From contig CAYHHH010000002.1 of assembly GCA_964356125.1 (NCBI GenBank), positions 12,755 through 76,754 on the forward strand: 64,000 nucleotides of DNA, written 5' to 3'. Positions 18,786 through 27,602 of this stretch are shown in pieces. Position 1 is the first letter of the stretch. Each line of letters opens with the position of its first letter. The notes beneath the pieces are model-generated. The model was not told where the DNA came from, did not search any database, and saw only the letters and a list, made by a program, of their open reading frames with translations. The DNA is from an uncultured Bifidobacteriaceae bacterium (GTDB lineage: Bacteria; Acidobacteriota; Vicinamibacteria; Vicinamibacterales; JAMQPK01). The position numbers and the translations under genes were made by a program.

Positions 18786-20834
18786 TTACGGCACCGGACG
18801 CGCGCGTTCCAGCCACGCCGTATCGCGATCGGCGTGACACGCGAGACAGGCGTTCGGACTCTGGTCCAACCCGAAGCGCTCGGTCATGGCGGCGTCGGGA
18901 ATGTCGTCGATCTCGTGCGTCCGCGCTGGAAACAACAGCGCGTCCATGATTCGCGGCATATGGCATGAGACGCAACGGCTGGCCTCGGTGCCAGGCAAGT
19001 GACGCGCATGGCGGGCGCGATCGTCGGCGAGCGCCGAATGGCACTGCGTACACATGTCGTTCGCATCAGCCGCGAATTTCAGAGAGGCCGGATTCGAGGC
19101 AGCGTTCGATGGATGGACGTCGTGACAGGACGCACACGTCGCTCCGCCTTCCTTGAAACAGCGCGACCGCGTGAACGCCTCGACGATGAACGTCGTCGCC
19201 CGGTGCCGTCCGTCGCGATAGAACGCGCGCCGCGTGAAATCCGACATCAGGTGGCGGGAATACGAACGATAGAAGTGCCCGCCCTCCTCGGAGTAATTCG
19301 CCGCGCCGCGCGGTTGCGCATCGTGCACGGCCGACTGCGCATGACACTGCGCACAGACGGCCACCGATTCGGCCGCCGTCAGGCGCGAAAAATACAGGGG
19401 CGTCATGCTGGCCGCCGGGCTATACTTCCGCGATCCCTGCATCGACTCGACGTGCCGGCGTGAGGGTCCGTGACACATTTCGCAGTTGATCCCGGGCTCC
19501 AGAAACGTTCCGGTGGCGGGGCGATCGATCCCCGATGAAAACTTCAATTGGCTCGTATGGCAGGGTGCGCACGCGCTTTGAGAGATCGCACCTGGCGGAC
19601 GCGTGTGGAACCGTGACACGTTCGCCCGTGCGCTGCCGGGCGCGTCGGTCAGCTTCCAGTAATTCAACCACTGCGAGTGAACGCGGCTGTACTGGATTGG
19701 AAACACGAGAATCGTATCGTCTGGAAGGCGCGTCGCATACGCCTGCTGCCACTTCGATCCGATGAGGTAGTCAACGGCATAGCGAATCCATTCGCCGGTG
19801 TCCCCGTTGCGGATCTCGATGAAGTGACGGCCGCGCTCCACGAGAGGACGAGCATCGCTGGGGATGCCGGTTCTCGCGGAGAAATCTCCGATCACGTCGG
19901 CTGCGCGATACGGACGAAACATTTTCGCCATGCCGGTTGCTTGCCAGTTCGCGTATTGCCTGGCGTGGCATTGATTGCACGCCGTCGATCCTGCGTACGT
20001 TTCTGCAGCATCGGCCCCGGACGCCCCCGTCGCCGCACGCGACGCGGGCGTATGCGCGGGAAACGGTTGCGTCCATACAAAGGAGGCTGCGTACTCGTCG
20101 AAGCTGAGGTGCGGCGCGTTCGTTCGGCGTCCGTACAGCTCCTGGAGCGCGGAGCGTGCGAAACGGGACCACGGTCCGTTTGACCTGAATACGTGGGCCA
20201 GCGCCGCGCCCGCTCCCCGGTCATCTTTCAGCGCCGCTCGAACCAACCCCAACATGTAAACGCTTTCCATGTCTTCAAGGTTTGTCTGAAGCGCCGTGAG
20301 CAGAAGGGCCTCAGCGTCGCGATACCCGCCGCGAGCAGCGGCGACTCTCCCCAGTGCGAGGCGGGCAGTGGCCAGGAGCTGGTCGCGCATCCTCGGCCAC
20401 TCGGCGGGCGGCACCTGTGTGGGTGGAACGCTGTGGGTCAGAAGCCGAAGCACGTCCTCGGCACTGCGAGAAGCCAGGTCGCGATCGGAGCGCCTGGCGG
20501 CAAGATCCGCCACCATTGCCGACAGGAACGGATTCTCCGGCATGAGGCGAAGCGACCGTTGTGCCCATACCAGAGCGGCGTCCACATCGCCCGCTGCGGC
20601 CGAGCCGCGTGCGGCGACTTCATAGACGTCCCTCAAGACAATCGATCGCGGAAACGACTCGACGAAACGGATCGACAGCGATCGCTGCGTGGCCGGATCG
20701 CGGTGTTCCCAAAGCTCACGGAACGCTGCCCGCTCCCGTGCATCTTCAATTTCATCGAGGACCGTCGGTGTGCCGGGCTGCTGAGCCGACGCCAAGCCAG
20801 CCGTCAGCACAATCGCCGGCAGCCACCATCTCAT
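18786..20834 (-). CDS. Exported TPR-domain + octaheme c-type cytochrome
   Basis: 682 aa with signal MRWWLPAIVLTAGLASAQQ. Eight CxxCH motifs: CNQCH, CAPCH, CEMCH, CAQCH, CASCH, CTQCH, CVSCH, CLACH. Helical TPR-like N-terminal third. Confidence 0.85.
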   Translation of the reverse strand: MRWWLPAIVLTAGLASAQQPGTPTVLDEIEDARERAAFRELWEHRDPATQRSLSIRFVESFPRSIVLRDVYEVAARGSAAAGDVDAALVWAQRSLRLMPENPFLSAMVADLAARRSDRDLASRSAEDVLRLLTHSVPPTQVPPAEWPRMRDQLLATARLALGRVAAARGGYRDAEALLLTALQTNLEDMESVYMLGLVRAALKDDRGAGAALAHVFRSNGPWSRFARSALQELYGRRTNAPHLSFDEYAASFVWTQPFPAHTPASRAATGASGADAAETYAGSTACNQCHARQYANWQATGMAKMFRPYRAADVIGDFSARTGIPSDARPLVERGRHFIEIRNGDTGEWIRYAVDYLIGSKWQQAYATRLPDDTILVFPIQYSRVHSQWLNYWKLTDAPGSARANVSRFHTRPPGAISQSACAPCHTSQLKFSSGIDRPATGTFLEPGINCEMCHGPSRRHVESMQGSRKYSPAASMTPLYFSRLTAAESVAVCAQCHAQSAVHDAQPRGAANYSEEGGHFYRSYSRHLMSDFTRRAFYRDGRHRATTFIVEAFTRSRCFKEGGATCASCHDVHPSNAASNPASLKFAADANDMCTQCHSALADDRARHARHLPGTEASRCVSCHMPRIMDALLFPARTHEIDDIPDAAMTERFGLDQSPNACLACHADRDTAWLERARPVP

Positions 20835-20839
20835 CGCTC

Positions 20840-23800
20840 TTAGAAAATCACTCGAACCCCGAGTCGAAGGTTTCGTTCGTCGTATTCGCGGCCAGGATTT
20901 GCGGTGAAAGTAATCTGCCCGAAATCGATGGCGTTGACGTTCGTGCCAGGATTGGTCCAGTGCGGCGTGTTCGTCACGTTCAGAGCCTCAAGGCGAACCT
21001 GGACCGAGACGGACCGTGAGAACCGGAACGTCCGAAACAGACTGGCGTCGAGGTTGGCGTATCCGGGCCCACGGTATCCATTCGCTTTGGATGTGCCGAA
21101 GCGCGCCGCAGTGACGGCGGCAAACGACGTCGTATCGAACCAGGGTCTGCCGGGTCCAACTCCGCCCAGCACGTTGAACGCCTTGACTTCGTCGGCGCGC
21201 TGGGCGCTGCCCGGTGCGTTCAACGAAGCTCCGCTGGCGGTCATGGTCATGGTCGAACCGCTGAAGGCCGTGAAATACGCGTTGAGCTGCCAGCCTCCGA
21301 CAATAGCGGCGGCTGCACCGTCGGTCAGATAGCGCTTGCCTGCGCCGAAGGGCAATTCATACGAGGCTGAGAGGTCCAGCTTGTTCGGAGACACGGTAGA
21401 AGCCGGACCCTCATTGAGATATCGGTACTCCGGGATCAGGATGCCTGTGGCCCACGCGTCTGTCCCTTTTGCCCTCGCGTACGCGGCAGTGAAGGCCAAC
21501 CCCTCGGAGAAGCGGCGGTTCACACTCACTTGAAGTGAGTCATAGTCGACCCTTCCGAGGGGATCGAGGAAGTTGAAGTTCGCGGTCGTGCCGAGGGCCC
21601 GGAAGAACGGCTGACTGGCGGCACCGCCACCAATAGTCCCATAGTTGCGATTCGTCGAACGGACCATGTCGCGCTGGCGGTTCCCCGCGTATCCGACCTG
21701 GACGCTCATATTTCTGGAGAACGACTTCTGCGCGGTCACGTTGAACCCCGTGATGGTTCCCCGAATGTAATTGTCGGGGGCCGTCGTGACCCCTGCGCCA
21801 GCTGGCAAGGCCAGCGAACCGGAGCTGTAATCTGGAATGGGCGAGACGCGATAGCCGGTCTCCAGCGTGCCTGCCGGCTGAAACGAGTTCAGGCCAGCCT
21901 GATTGATCGTGATGGACGCGGGATAGGTGTAGGTCGCACCGCGGTACATGTGGTCGTTCTGCGGATTCCGCGAGTATCCGGCGCGGATGACGAAGGATTC
22001 GAATGGACGGTATGCGATGCCCAGACGAGGGGTGAACAGATCCTTCTGAACCCCCACGCCGCACGTGTCGCTGTTGCCGGCGACGCCGCACATCAGCACG
22101 CGGTTGGTCGCGAGGTCGAAATGCTCGACACCACGGTCTGCCCGAACCGGCACCGGGTAGTATTCCCACCGCAGACCGAACGAGGCGGTCAGTTTCTGCC
22201 CAATCTGCCACTGGTCGCGCACGTAGAAACCCATTTCGCGCTCGCGCATCGTCACGGGCCGTTCAGGTGCACAGTTGTCGGCAACGACGCATGGCGGCAC
22301 CTGGGCGTTGCTCATGTTGCCCCCGATCTGCCCCAGCAGGAAGTCGGCCAATGCGTTATACGAATTCGCCGCCGGGCCTCCATTCAGCGAGGTCGCGATT
22401 CCGGTGAATGACATGGAGGTCAGCGGACTGATCTCGTAGTGATTCATGTGCTGCCAGTGAAAGTCGCCGCCGAACTTCACGTTGTGGTTGCCCCTGGTCC
22501 AGCCAAGGTTGGCAACCATCTGGTACTGACCGTCGTTATAGTCGAGGACCGAGGAGCTGAACCCGTTGTTCCCGAGCGGCTGAGTGCCGCCCGACGTGCC
22601 GCCCCGCGATGTAAATCCGGTGATCTCCATCTGGGGCAGCGCCCAGTCCCTGGCCTGGCAGGCGTTCGGAATGCCCATGAGATCCGCCCAGCACTGTTGC
22701 ACCCCATTGGGTTGCTGATAGGTGTGTGGTGTTGTCGCTCCACCCACCACATCCATCACGAGGTTGGGAGTCAGCGTCATCGTCGCTGCCAGTGAATAGC
22801 TGAAGATCTTGGCGTTGAGATCGGTGCCCAGACTCAAGGGATTGTCGTCGCCGTAGAGGCCCGCGGAATTCATATCGTCGTGCAGGCCGCTGATCCGCGC
22901 GTTGACGTTGAGACGGTTCGTCGGCGCCCACGTGATCTTCGAATCAATCTTGTAGAAGAGCGACGTGAACGGTGGCGTCGACACGTAGTTATTGACGTTG
23001 CCTGCCGTTTGGGGCGCCGGCAGATAGGCCAGCAGGCGCTGCGCCACCGGGCTGAGGCGGTTCGAGGGAATGAAATTGCACCCCGCGAACCTGGGATCGC
23101 TGGTGGACGTCACGCCGGGGCAGTTCGCGAAGGCAAACGGCGTCCGGCCGGTGCCGTTCGGGTTGCCTGTCAACGGGTCATAGATCGCGACACCGGTGCT
23201 GGAAAAGTTTCCAGTCCTGAACTCCGTCGGGGGCAGCGAGAGCAGCAGAGCGGACGATCCGACGAAGGGCCCGCCAACCGCCCTCGAATCCGTCGTCTCG
23301 AGACTGAAGAAGTAGAAAAGCTTATTCGGTTTGATCGGCCCCCCGATCGTGCCCCCGTAGATGTTTTTTGTCCCCTTCGGCTTCTCGCTGGTGGCCGGCA
23401 GAAAGTAATTCCTCGAGCGGAGGTTCGCGTGCTCGAAGTATTCGAATGCCGAACCGCGCAGCGAATTCGTGCCGCTCTTGACCTGCACGTTCACGGCGGC
23501 GCCACCGGCCATTCCCTGGTCGGCCTCAAAGTTGCTCGTCACGATGTTCACGGTTTCGATCGCTTCGATGGCGGGGCTATACGCCTGAAGGAACGGAATC
23601 CACTGATTGGTTATCGACATGCCGTCGAGGCGGAAGGCCGTATTCGTATTCGGTTGCCCGTTCACCGACACACTCATCGACCGTGACGGGTTGTTGATGC
23701 CACCGGTCTGGAAATACGACGGCTGCGCGACACCGGGAGTGAGCGCCAGCAGGCTCTGGTAGCTCCGGCCGTTAATCGGGAGATTCTCGAGTGCCTGTGC

Positions 23801-24250
23801 CGTTGTCACCGACTGCAACGCCGCGCTGTCGGCTTGCAGGATCGCCGCCTGGCCCGTCACCACAACGGATTCTTCGAGGGTTCCCACCGCGAGCCTCGCA
23901 TCGACGCGGACGATGGCGCCAATGTTGACGGTGATGTCACGGCTCGAAAATGTCCGGAAGCCGGGCAACGTCACGACAACGTCATAGGTGCCCGGCGAGA
24001 GATTGGGAAAGGAATAGGCGCCATTCACCGGTGTCGTCTGGTCGCGCGTCTGATTCGTTTCCCTCTGCGTGATGGTGACCGTGGCTCCCGGGACGATCGC
24101 TCCGGTTTCGTCCAGCACGTTGCCCACCAAGGATCCGTACAACGCCTGTGCGCTGGCGTTGGCGGCGGAGAAGACCATTAATCCTGCGACCAGTGCATGG
24201 CCAAGCCAGGCCCAGCAACCTGTCGATGCGGTGATGTGACGGGTCATCAT
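20840..24250 (-). CDS. TonB-dependent outer-membrane receptor with N-terminal carboxypeptidase-regulatory-like domain
   Basis: 1136 aa. ...SAANASAQALYGSLVGNVLDETGAIVPGATVTITQRETN. C-terminal ...LGVRVIF. SD GGAGGAG upstream. Confidence 0.9.
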   Translation of the reverse strand: MMTRHITASTGCWAWLGHALVAGLMVFSAANASAQALYGSLVGNVLDETGAIVPGATVTITQRETNQTRDQTTPVNGAYSFPNLSPGTYDVVVTLPGFRTFSSRDITVNIGAIVRVDARLAVGTLEESVVVTGQAAILQADSAALQSVTTAQALENLPINGRSYQSLLALTPGVAQPSYFQTGGINNPSRSMSVSVNGQPNTNTAFRLDGMSITNQWIPFLQAYSPAIEAIETVNIVTSNFEADQGMAGGAAVNVQVKSGTNSLRGSAFEYFEHANLRSRNYFLPATSEKPKGTKNIYGGTIGGPIKPNKLFYFFSLETTDSRAVGGPFVGSSALLLSLPPTEFRTGNFSSTGVAIYDPLTGNPNGTGRTPFAFANCPGVTSTSDPRFAGCNFIPSNRLSPVAQRLLAYLPAPQTAGNVNNYVSTPPFTSLFYKIDSKITWAPTNRLNVNARISGLHDDMNSAGLYGDDNPLSLGTDLNAKIFSYSLAATMTLTPNLVMDVVGGATTPHTYQQPNGVQQCWADLMGIPNACQARDWALPQMEITGFTSRGGTSGGTQPLGNNGFSSSVLDYNDGQYQMVANLGWTRGNHNVKFGGDFHWQHMNHYEISPLTSMSFTGIATSLNGGPAANSYNALADFLLGQIGGNMSNAQVPPCVVADNCAPERPVTMREREMGFYVRDQWQIGQKLTASFGLRWEYYPVPVRADRGVEHFDLATNRVLMCGVAGNSDTCGVGVQKDLFTPRLGIAYRPFESFVIRAGYSRNPQNDHMYRGATYTYPASITINQAGLNSFQPAGTLETGYRVSPIPDYSSGSLALPAGAGVTTAPDNYIRGTITGFNVTAQKSFSRNMSVQVGYAGNRQRDMVRSTNRNYGTIGGGAASQPFFRALGTTANFNFLDPLGRVDYDSLQVSVNRRFSEGLAFTAAYARAKGTDAWATGILIPEYRYLNEGPASTVSPNKLDLSASYELPFGAGKRYLTDGAAAAIVGGWQLNAYFTAFSGSTMTMTASGASLNAPGSAQRADEVKAFNVLGGVGPGRPWFDTTSFAAVTAARFGTSKANGYRGPGYANLDASLFRTFRFSRSVSVQVRLEALNVTNTPHWTNPGTNVNAIDFGQITFTANPGREYDERNLRLGVRVIF

Positions 24251-24384
24251 CTCCTCCTGTCCTTCCTGACGAGGGTTGCGTCAACGCGGCGAACGGACCG
24301 GCCGTCGTTAGGCGTCGTCGGTTTTATATCATGAAACTATGTTGTGTGCGGTGCACACTATAACCGCAGTCACACCCCTCGAAG

Positions 24385-24401
24385 TTGTGACAAATTGTGA
24401 C
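24385..24401 (+). promoter_or_regulatory. Candidate direct-repeat operator TTGTGAC-AAA-TTGTGAC
   Basis: Perfect 7-bp direct repeat with 10-bp phasing, 81 nt upstream of ATG 24483. Confidence 0.4.
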
Positions 24402-24407
24402 GGGTGG

Positions 24408-24424
24408 CTATCGATTATCGATAG
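24408..24424. promoter_or_regulatory. Perfect 17-bp palindrome CTATCGAT-T-ATCGATAG
   Basis: Checked base by base. Contains the 12-mer TATCGATTATCG that also occurs at 4259-4270. Lies in the divergent region between receptor 24250(-) and gene 24483(+). Confidence 0.4.
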
Positions 24425-24482
24425 GTCACCCGGCCGGTGTGTTACCATCGCCGCTTCACACCAGGCCGGAGGAATAGCACTC

Positions 24483-25643
24483 ATGACCCTTGCGAGATCG
24501 CTCGGCGTTGGAACCATGCTGGTACTCGCAGCGGGTTGGCTATCAGCCCAGACCCATCCCTCGCACCAAATCACGAATGGCGACCTCACCGCGACGGTCT
24601 ATCTGCCCGACGCACAGAACGGCTTCTACACGACGACGCGATTCGACTGGTCGGGCGCGATCGGAATCCTCAAGTACAAGGGCCATGAGTACTATGGAAT
24701 CTGGTGGTCGAAGATCACCGATATCTACGACTTCGGATACGAAGGGCCGAACAAGGATGTCCTCTCCGCCGACTTCACGGCGATGGTCGGCCCCGCCGAG
24801 GAGTTCGGCGCGCTCGGGTATACCGACGTTCCGGCAGGTGGACTCTTCGTCAAACCGGGAGTCGGCGCGCTGAAGCGCGACGAGATGAACTACAACCATT
24901 CGCGCACGTACGTGATTGCGAACGGCGGAACGTGGGACGTCAAGCGGTCGCGCGACGCAGTGGAGTTCACACACACGTTGAGCGAGCCGTCGATCAACTT
25001 CGGATACGTCTATACGAAGGTCGTGCGCCTCACGCCAGGCAAGCCGCAGATGACGATCGCGCACGTCATGAAGAACACCGGCTCGAAGCCGATCGTGACC
25101 AACGTGTACAACCACAACTTTACGACCATCGACAAACAGCCGACCGGGCCCGACATCGAGATCGCCGTGCCGTGGCAGATGACGCGCGCCGCCGGACGCG
25201 GCGGTCGGGGCCCCGCGACTCCGCTTGGGGCAGGCGGACCGGCGGCGCCCGCCCCGCCCGCCCGGCAAGGCCCGCCGCCGGCAGATCCGTACGCGCCGCT
25301 GGCGGCCGGCGAGCGCATGGGCACGCAGTGCGGCCAGCCGCAGATGCAAACGCTGGCCAGCCCGCAGGGCAACACGCTCGTGTACTCCAAGGTGCTCGAG
25401 GGCTCGGAGTGTTACCAGGCCGGCTTCACCGGCTTCGGCGCGGCGCCGACGGACAACGACATCCGCATCGAGAACAAGCGGACAGGCGCCGGCGTTCGCA
25501 TCACTGGCGATCGGCCCGTGACGCGGTTCGGGTACTGGTCGATCCGGACAGTGGTGGCGCCCGAGCCGTACATCGACCTCAACATCGAGCCGGGCCAGCA
25601 GTTCGCCTGGACGTATACGTACGACTACTACACAACGAAGTAG
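24483..25643 (+). CDS. Exported hypothetical protein (no family recognised)
   Basis: Start trimmed to ATG 24483 (GGAGGA 9 nt upstream), giving MTLARSLGVGTMLVLAAGWLSAQ. Coding-like composition. Contains a Gly/Arg/Pro insert. 9 nt upstream of the next gene. Confidence 0.7.
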   Translation: MTLARSLGVGTMLVLAAGWLSAQTHPSHQITNGDLTATVYLPDAQNGFYTTTRFDWSGAIGILKYKGHEYYGIWWSKITDIYDFGYEGPNKDVLSADFTAMVGPAEEFGALGYTDVPAGGLFVKPGVGALKRDEMNYNHSRTYVIANGGTWDVKRSRDAVEFTHTLSEPSINFGYVYTKVVRLTPGKPQMTIAHVMKNTGSKPIVTNVYNHNFTTIDKQPTGPDIEIAVPWQMTRAAGRGGRGPATPLGAGGPAAPAPPARQGPPPADPYAPLAAGERMGTQCGQPQMQTLASPQGNTLVYSKVLEGSECYQAGFTGFGAAPTDNDIRIENKRTGAGVRITGDRPVTRFGYWSIRTVVAPEPYIDLNIEPGQQFAWTYTYDYYTTK

Positions 25644-25652
25644 ACAAAGATC

Positions 25653-27602
25653 ATGAAGACATCAAAGCATCGCGCGCTGAGCGCAGTCGTGTACGCGTCG
25701 GTCCTCTTCGCGACGAGCGCGTTCGCGCAATCCGAGAGCGCCGGCGTGAATCAGTACTTCAACAACTGCGCCTCGTGCCATGAGAGCAACGAGCCAGGAC
25801 ATCAGGCGCCGTCCACCGCCGTGCTCAAGCGGATGACGCCTGAACGGATTCTCGAAGTGATGACGACCGGCTCGATGCGAACCGCCGCCGCCGCCGTCAG
25901 CGACCAGGACAAGCGCCTCATCGCGGAATGGGTGGCCGGGCGGAAGCTCGACACCGATCTGGTTGGCGCCGCCGAGAAGATGTCGAACGTCTGTGCCAGT
26001 CATGCGCCGGTGCGCGAATCGAACACGCCGGCATGGAACGGCTGGGGTGTTGATTACCGGAACTCGCGCTTCCAATCGGGCGCGGCCGCCGGCTTGTCTC
26101 CCGGACAAGTGTCGCGCCTGCAGCTGAAGTGGGCCTTCGGATTTCCGGGCGCCACGGCGCTGTACGGCCAGACGGTGTATGACGGACGGCTGTATGTGAC
26201 GTCCAATGCCGGGTACGTCTACTCGCTCGACGCCGAGACCGGCTGTCTGCACTGGGGGTTCCGCGCGCAATCGGCGGTGAGGAGCGGGTTCACGATTGGC
26301 CGCCTCAGCAAGACCGATCCGCGGCTCGCCATTTTCTTCGGCGATATTCATGGCACGGCATACGCACTGTCGGCAAGCACCGGCGAGGAGATCTGGAAGA
26401 CGCTTACCGATCCGCATCCGCTCGCTCGGATTACCGGAACGCCGGTGCTGTTCGAGGGACGGCTGTTGGTGCCGGTCGCCTCGCTCGAAGAGCCGGAGTC
26501 GGGACAGGCCGATTACGCGTGTTGCACCTTCCGCGGGTACATGTCGGCGTTGGATTCGGCAACCGGCCGTCAGATCTGGAAGACATACACGATTCCGGAC
26601 GTGCCGAAGGTCGTTGGCAAGAACTCGCGCGGCAAAAACATGCTGGAGCCGGCCGGCGCCGGCGTCTGGGCGACGCCGACGATCGACGTGAAACGCCGCG
26701 CTCTGTACGTGACCACCGGCAACGCCTTCTCGGGCACGCCCAAAACAGCCAACGCCGTGATGGCGATGAACATCGACACGGGCAAAGTACTGTGGTCGAT
26801 GCAGGCGCTCCCATTCGATACGTGGCACAACGGCTGTGTGCAGAACATTCCCGGTGGAGCATTTCCCGCTCGGAGTGGCGGCGGCGGACGTGGCGGCCGC
26901 GCCGGCGGACCTGGCATTCCCTATCCGCCTGAAAACTGCCCCGCGGTGCTCGGACCCGACTGGGACTTTGCAGCGCCTCCGGCGCTCGCGACAACCAGCG
27001 ACGGCCGGGACATTCTCATCGCGCCGCAGAAGCAGGGGCTCGTGTGGGCCGTCAATCCGGAAAACGGCCAGGTATTGTGGAAGCAGGATGTGGCGCGCGA
27101 AATCGCCGGCGGCCGCGGAGAGACGCTCTTCGGCGCTGCGGTAGACAGCGAGAAAGCCTACTTCGGTCTGATCAGCAGCGCGCACCTCGCGCTCGATCTC
27201 AAGACTGGGGAAGAGGTCTGGTACGTACCACTGATTCCGCCACCGGGCCGTGAGAACCAGCGCGGGGTCGTCGGCGCCGTCACGCTGATTCCCGGCGTGC
27301 TCTTATCGGGCGCGCGCGATGGGATGATTCGCGCGGCGTCGTCGCGAACCGGTCAACTCCTGTGGCAGTTCGACAGTGCGCAGGAATTCACGACCGTCAA
27401 TGGCGTGCAGGCGCGCGGTGGTTCCGCCGCCTCCGGCGGCCCCATCGTCGCGAACGGGATGGTGTTCATCGGCTCGGGCTATCCCGGCTTCCAGGGGGGA
27501 CAGCCCGGAAATGTGCTGCTTGCCTTCGCGCCGGCGGTGCGGCTCGACGTGCATGCCGACGAGTTGAAGCGGAAAGCTAGCGACGCCGACCCCAGAAAAT
27601 GA
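25653..27602 (+). CDS. Quinohemoprotein-like dehydrogenase: N-terminal cytochrome c domain + PQQ-type beta-propeller (PVA-dehydrogenase-like layout)
   Basis: 649 aa with signal MKTSKHRALSAVVYASVLFATSAFAQ. CASCH heme motif near the N-terminus. Repeated propeller blades (LYVTSNAGYVYSLDAETG, GMVFIGSGYPG). Confidence 0.8.
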   Translation: MKTSKHRALSAVVYASVLFATSAFAQSESAGVNQYFNNCASCHESNEPGHQAPSTAVLKRMTPERILEVMTTGSMRTAAAAVSDQDKRLIAEWVAGRKLDTDLVGAAEKMSNVCASHAPVRESNTPAWNGWGVDYRNSRFQSGAAAGLSPGQVSRLQLKWAFGFPGATALYGQTVYDGRLYVTSNAGYVYSLDAETGCLHWGFRAQSAVRSGFTIGRLSKTDPRLAIFFGDIHGTAYALSASTGEEIWKTLTDPHPLARITGTPVLFEGRLLVPVASLEEPESGQADYACCTFRGYMSALDSATGRQIWKTYTIPDVPKVVGKNSRGKNMLEPAGAGVWATPTIDVKRRALYVTTGNAFSGTPKTANAVMAMNIDTGKVLWSMQALPFDTWHNGCVQNIPGGAFPARSGGGGRGGRAGGPGIPYPPENCPAVLGPDWDFAAPPALATTSDGRDILIAPQKQGLVWAVNPENGQVLWKQDVAREIAGGRGETLFGAAVDSEKAYFGLISSAHLALDLKTGEEVWYVPLIPPPGRENQRGVVGAVTLIPGVLLSGARDGMIRAASSRTGQLLWQFDSAQEFTTVNGVQARGGSAASGGPIVANGMVFIGSGYPGFQGGQPGNVLLAFAPAVRLDVHADELKRKASDADPRK

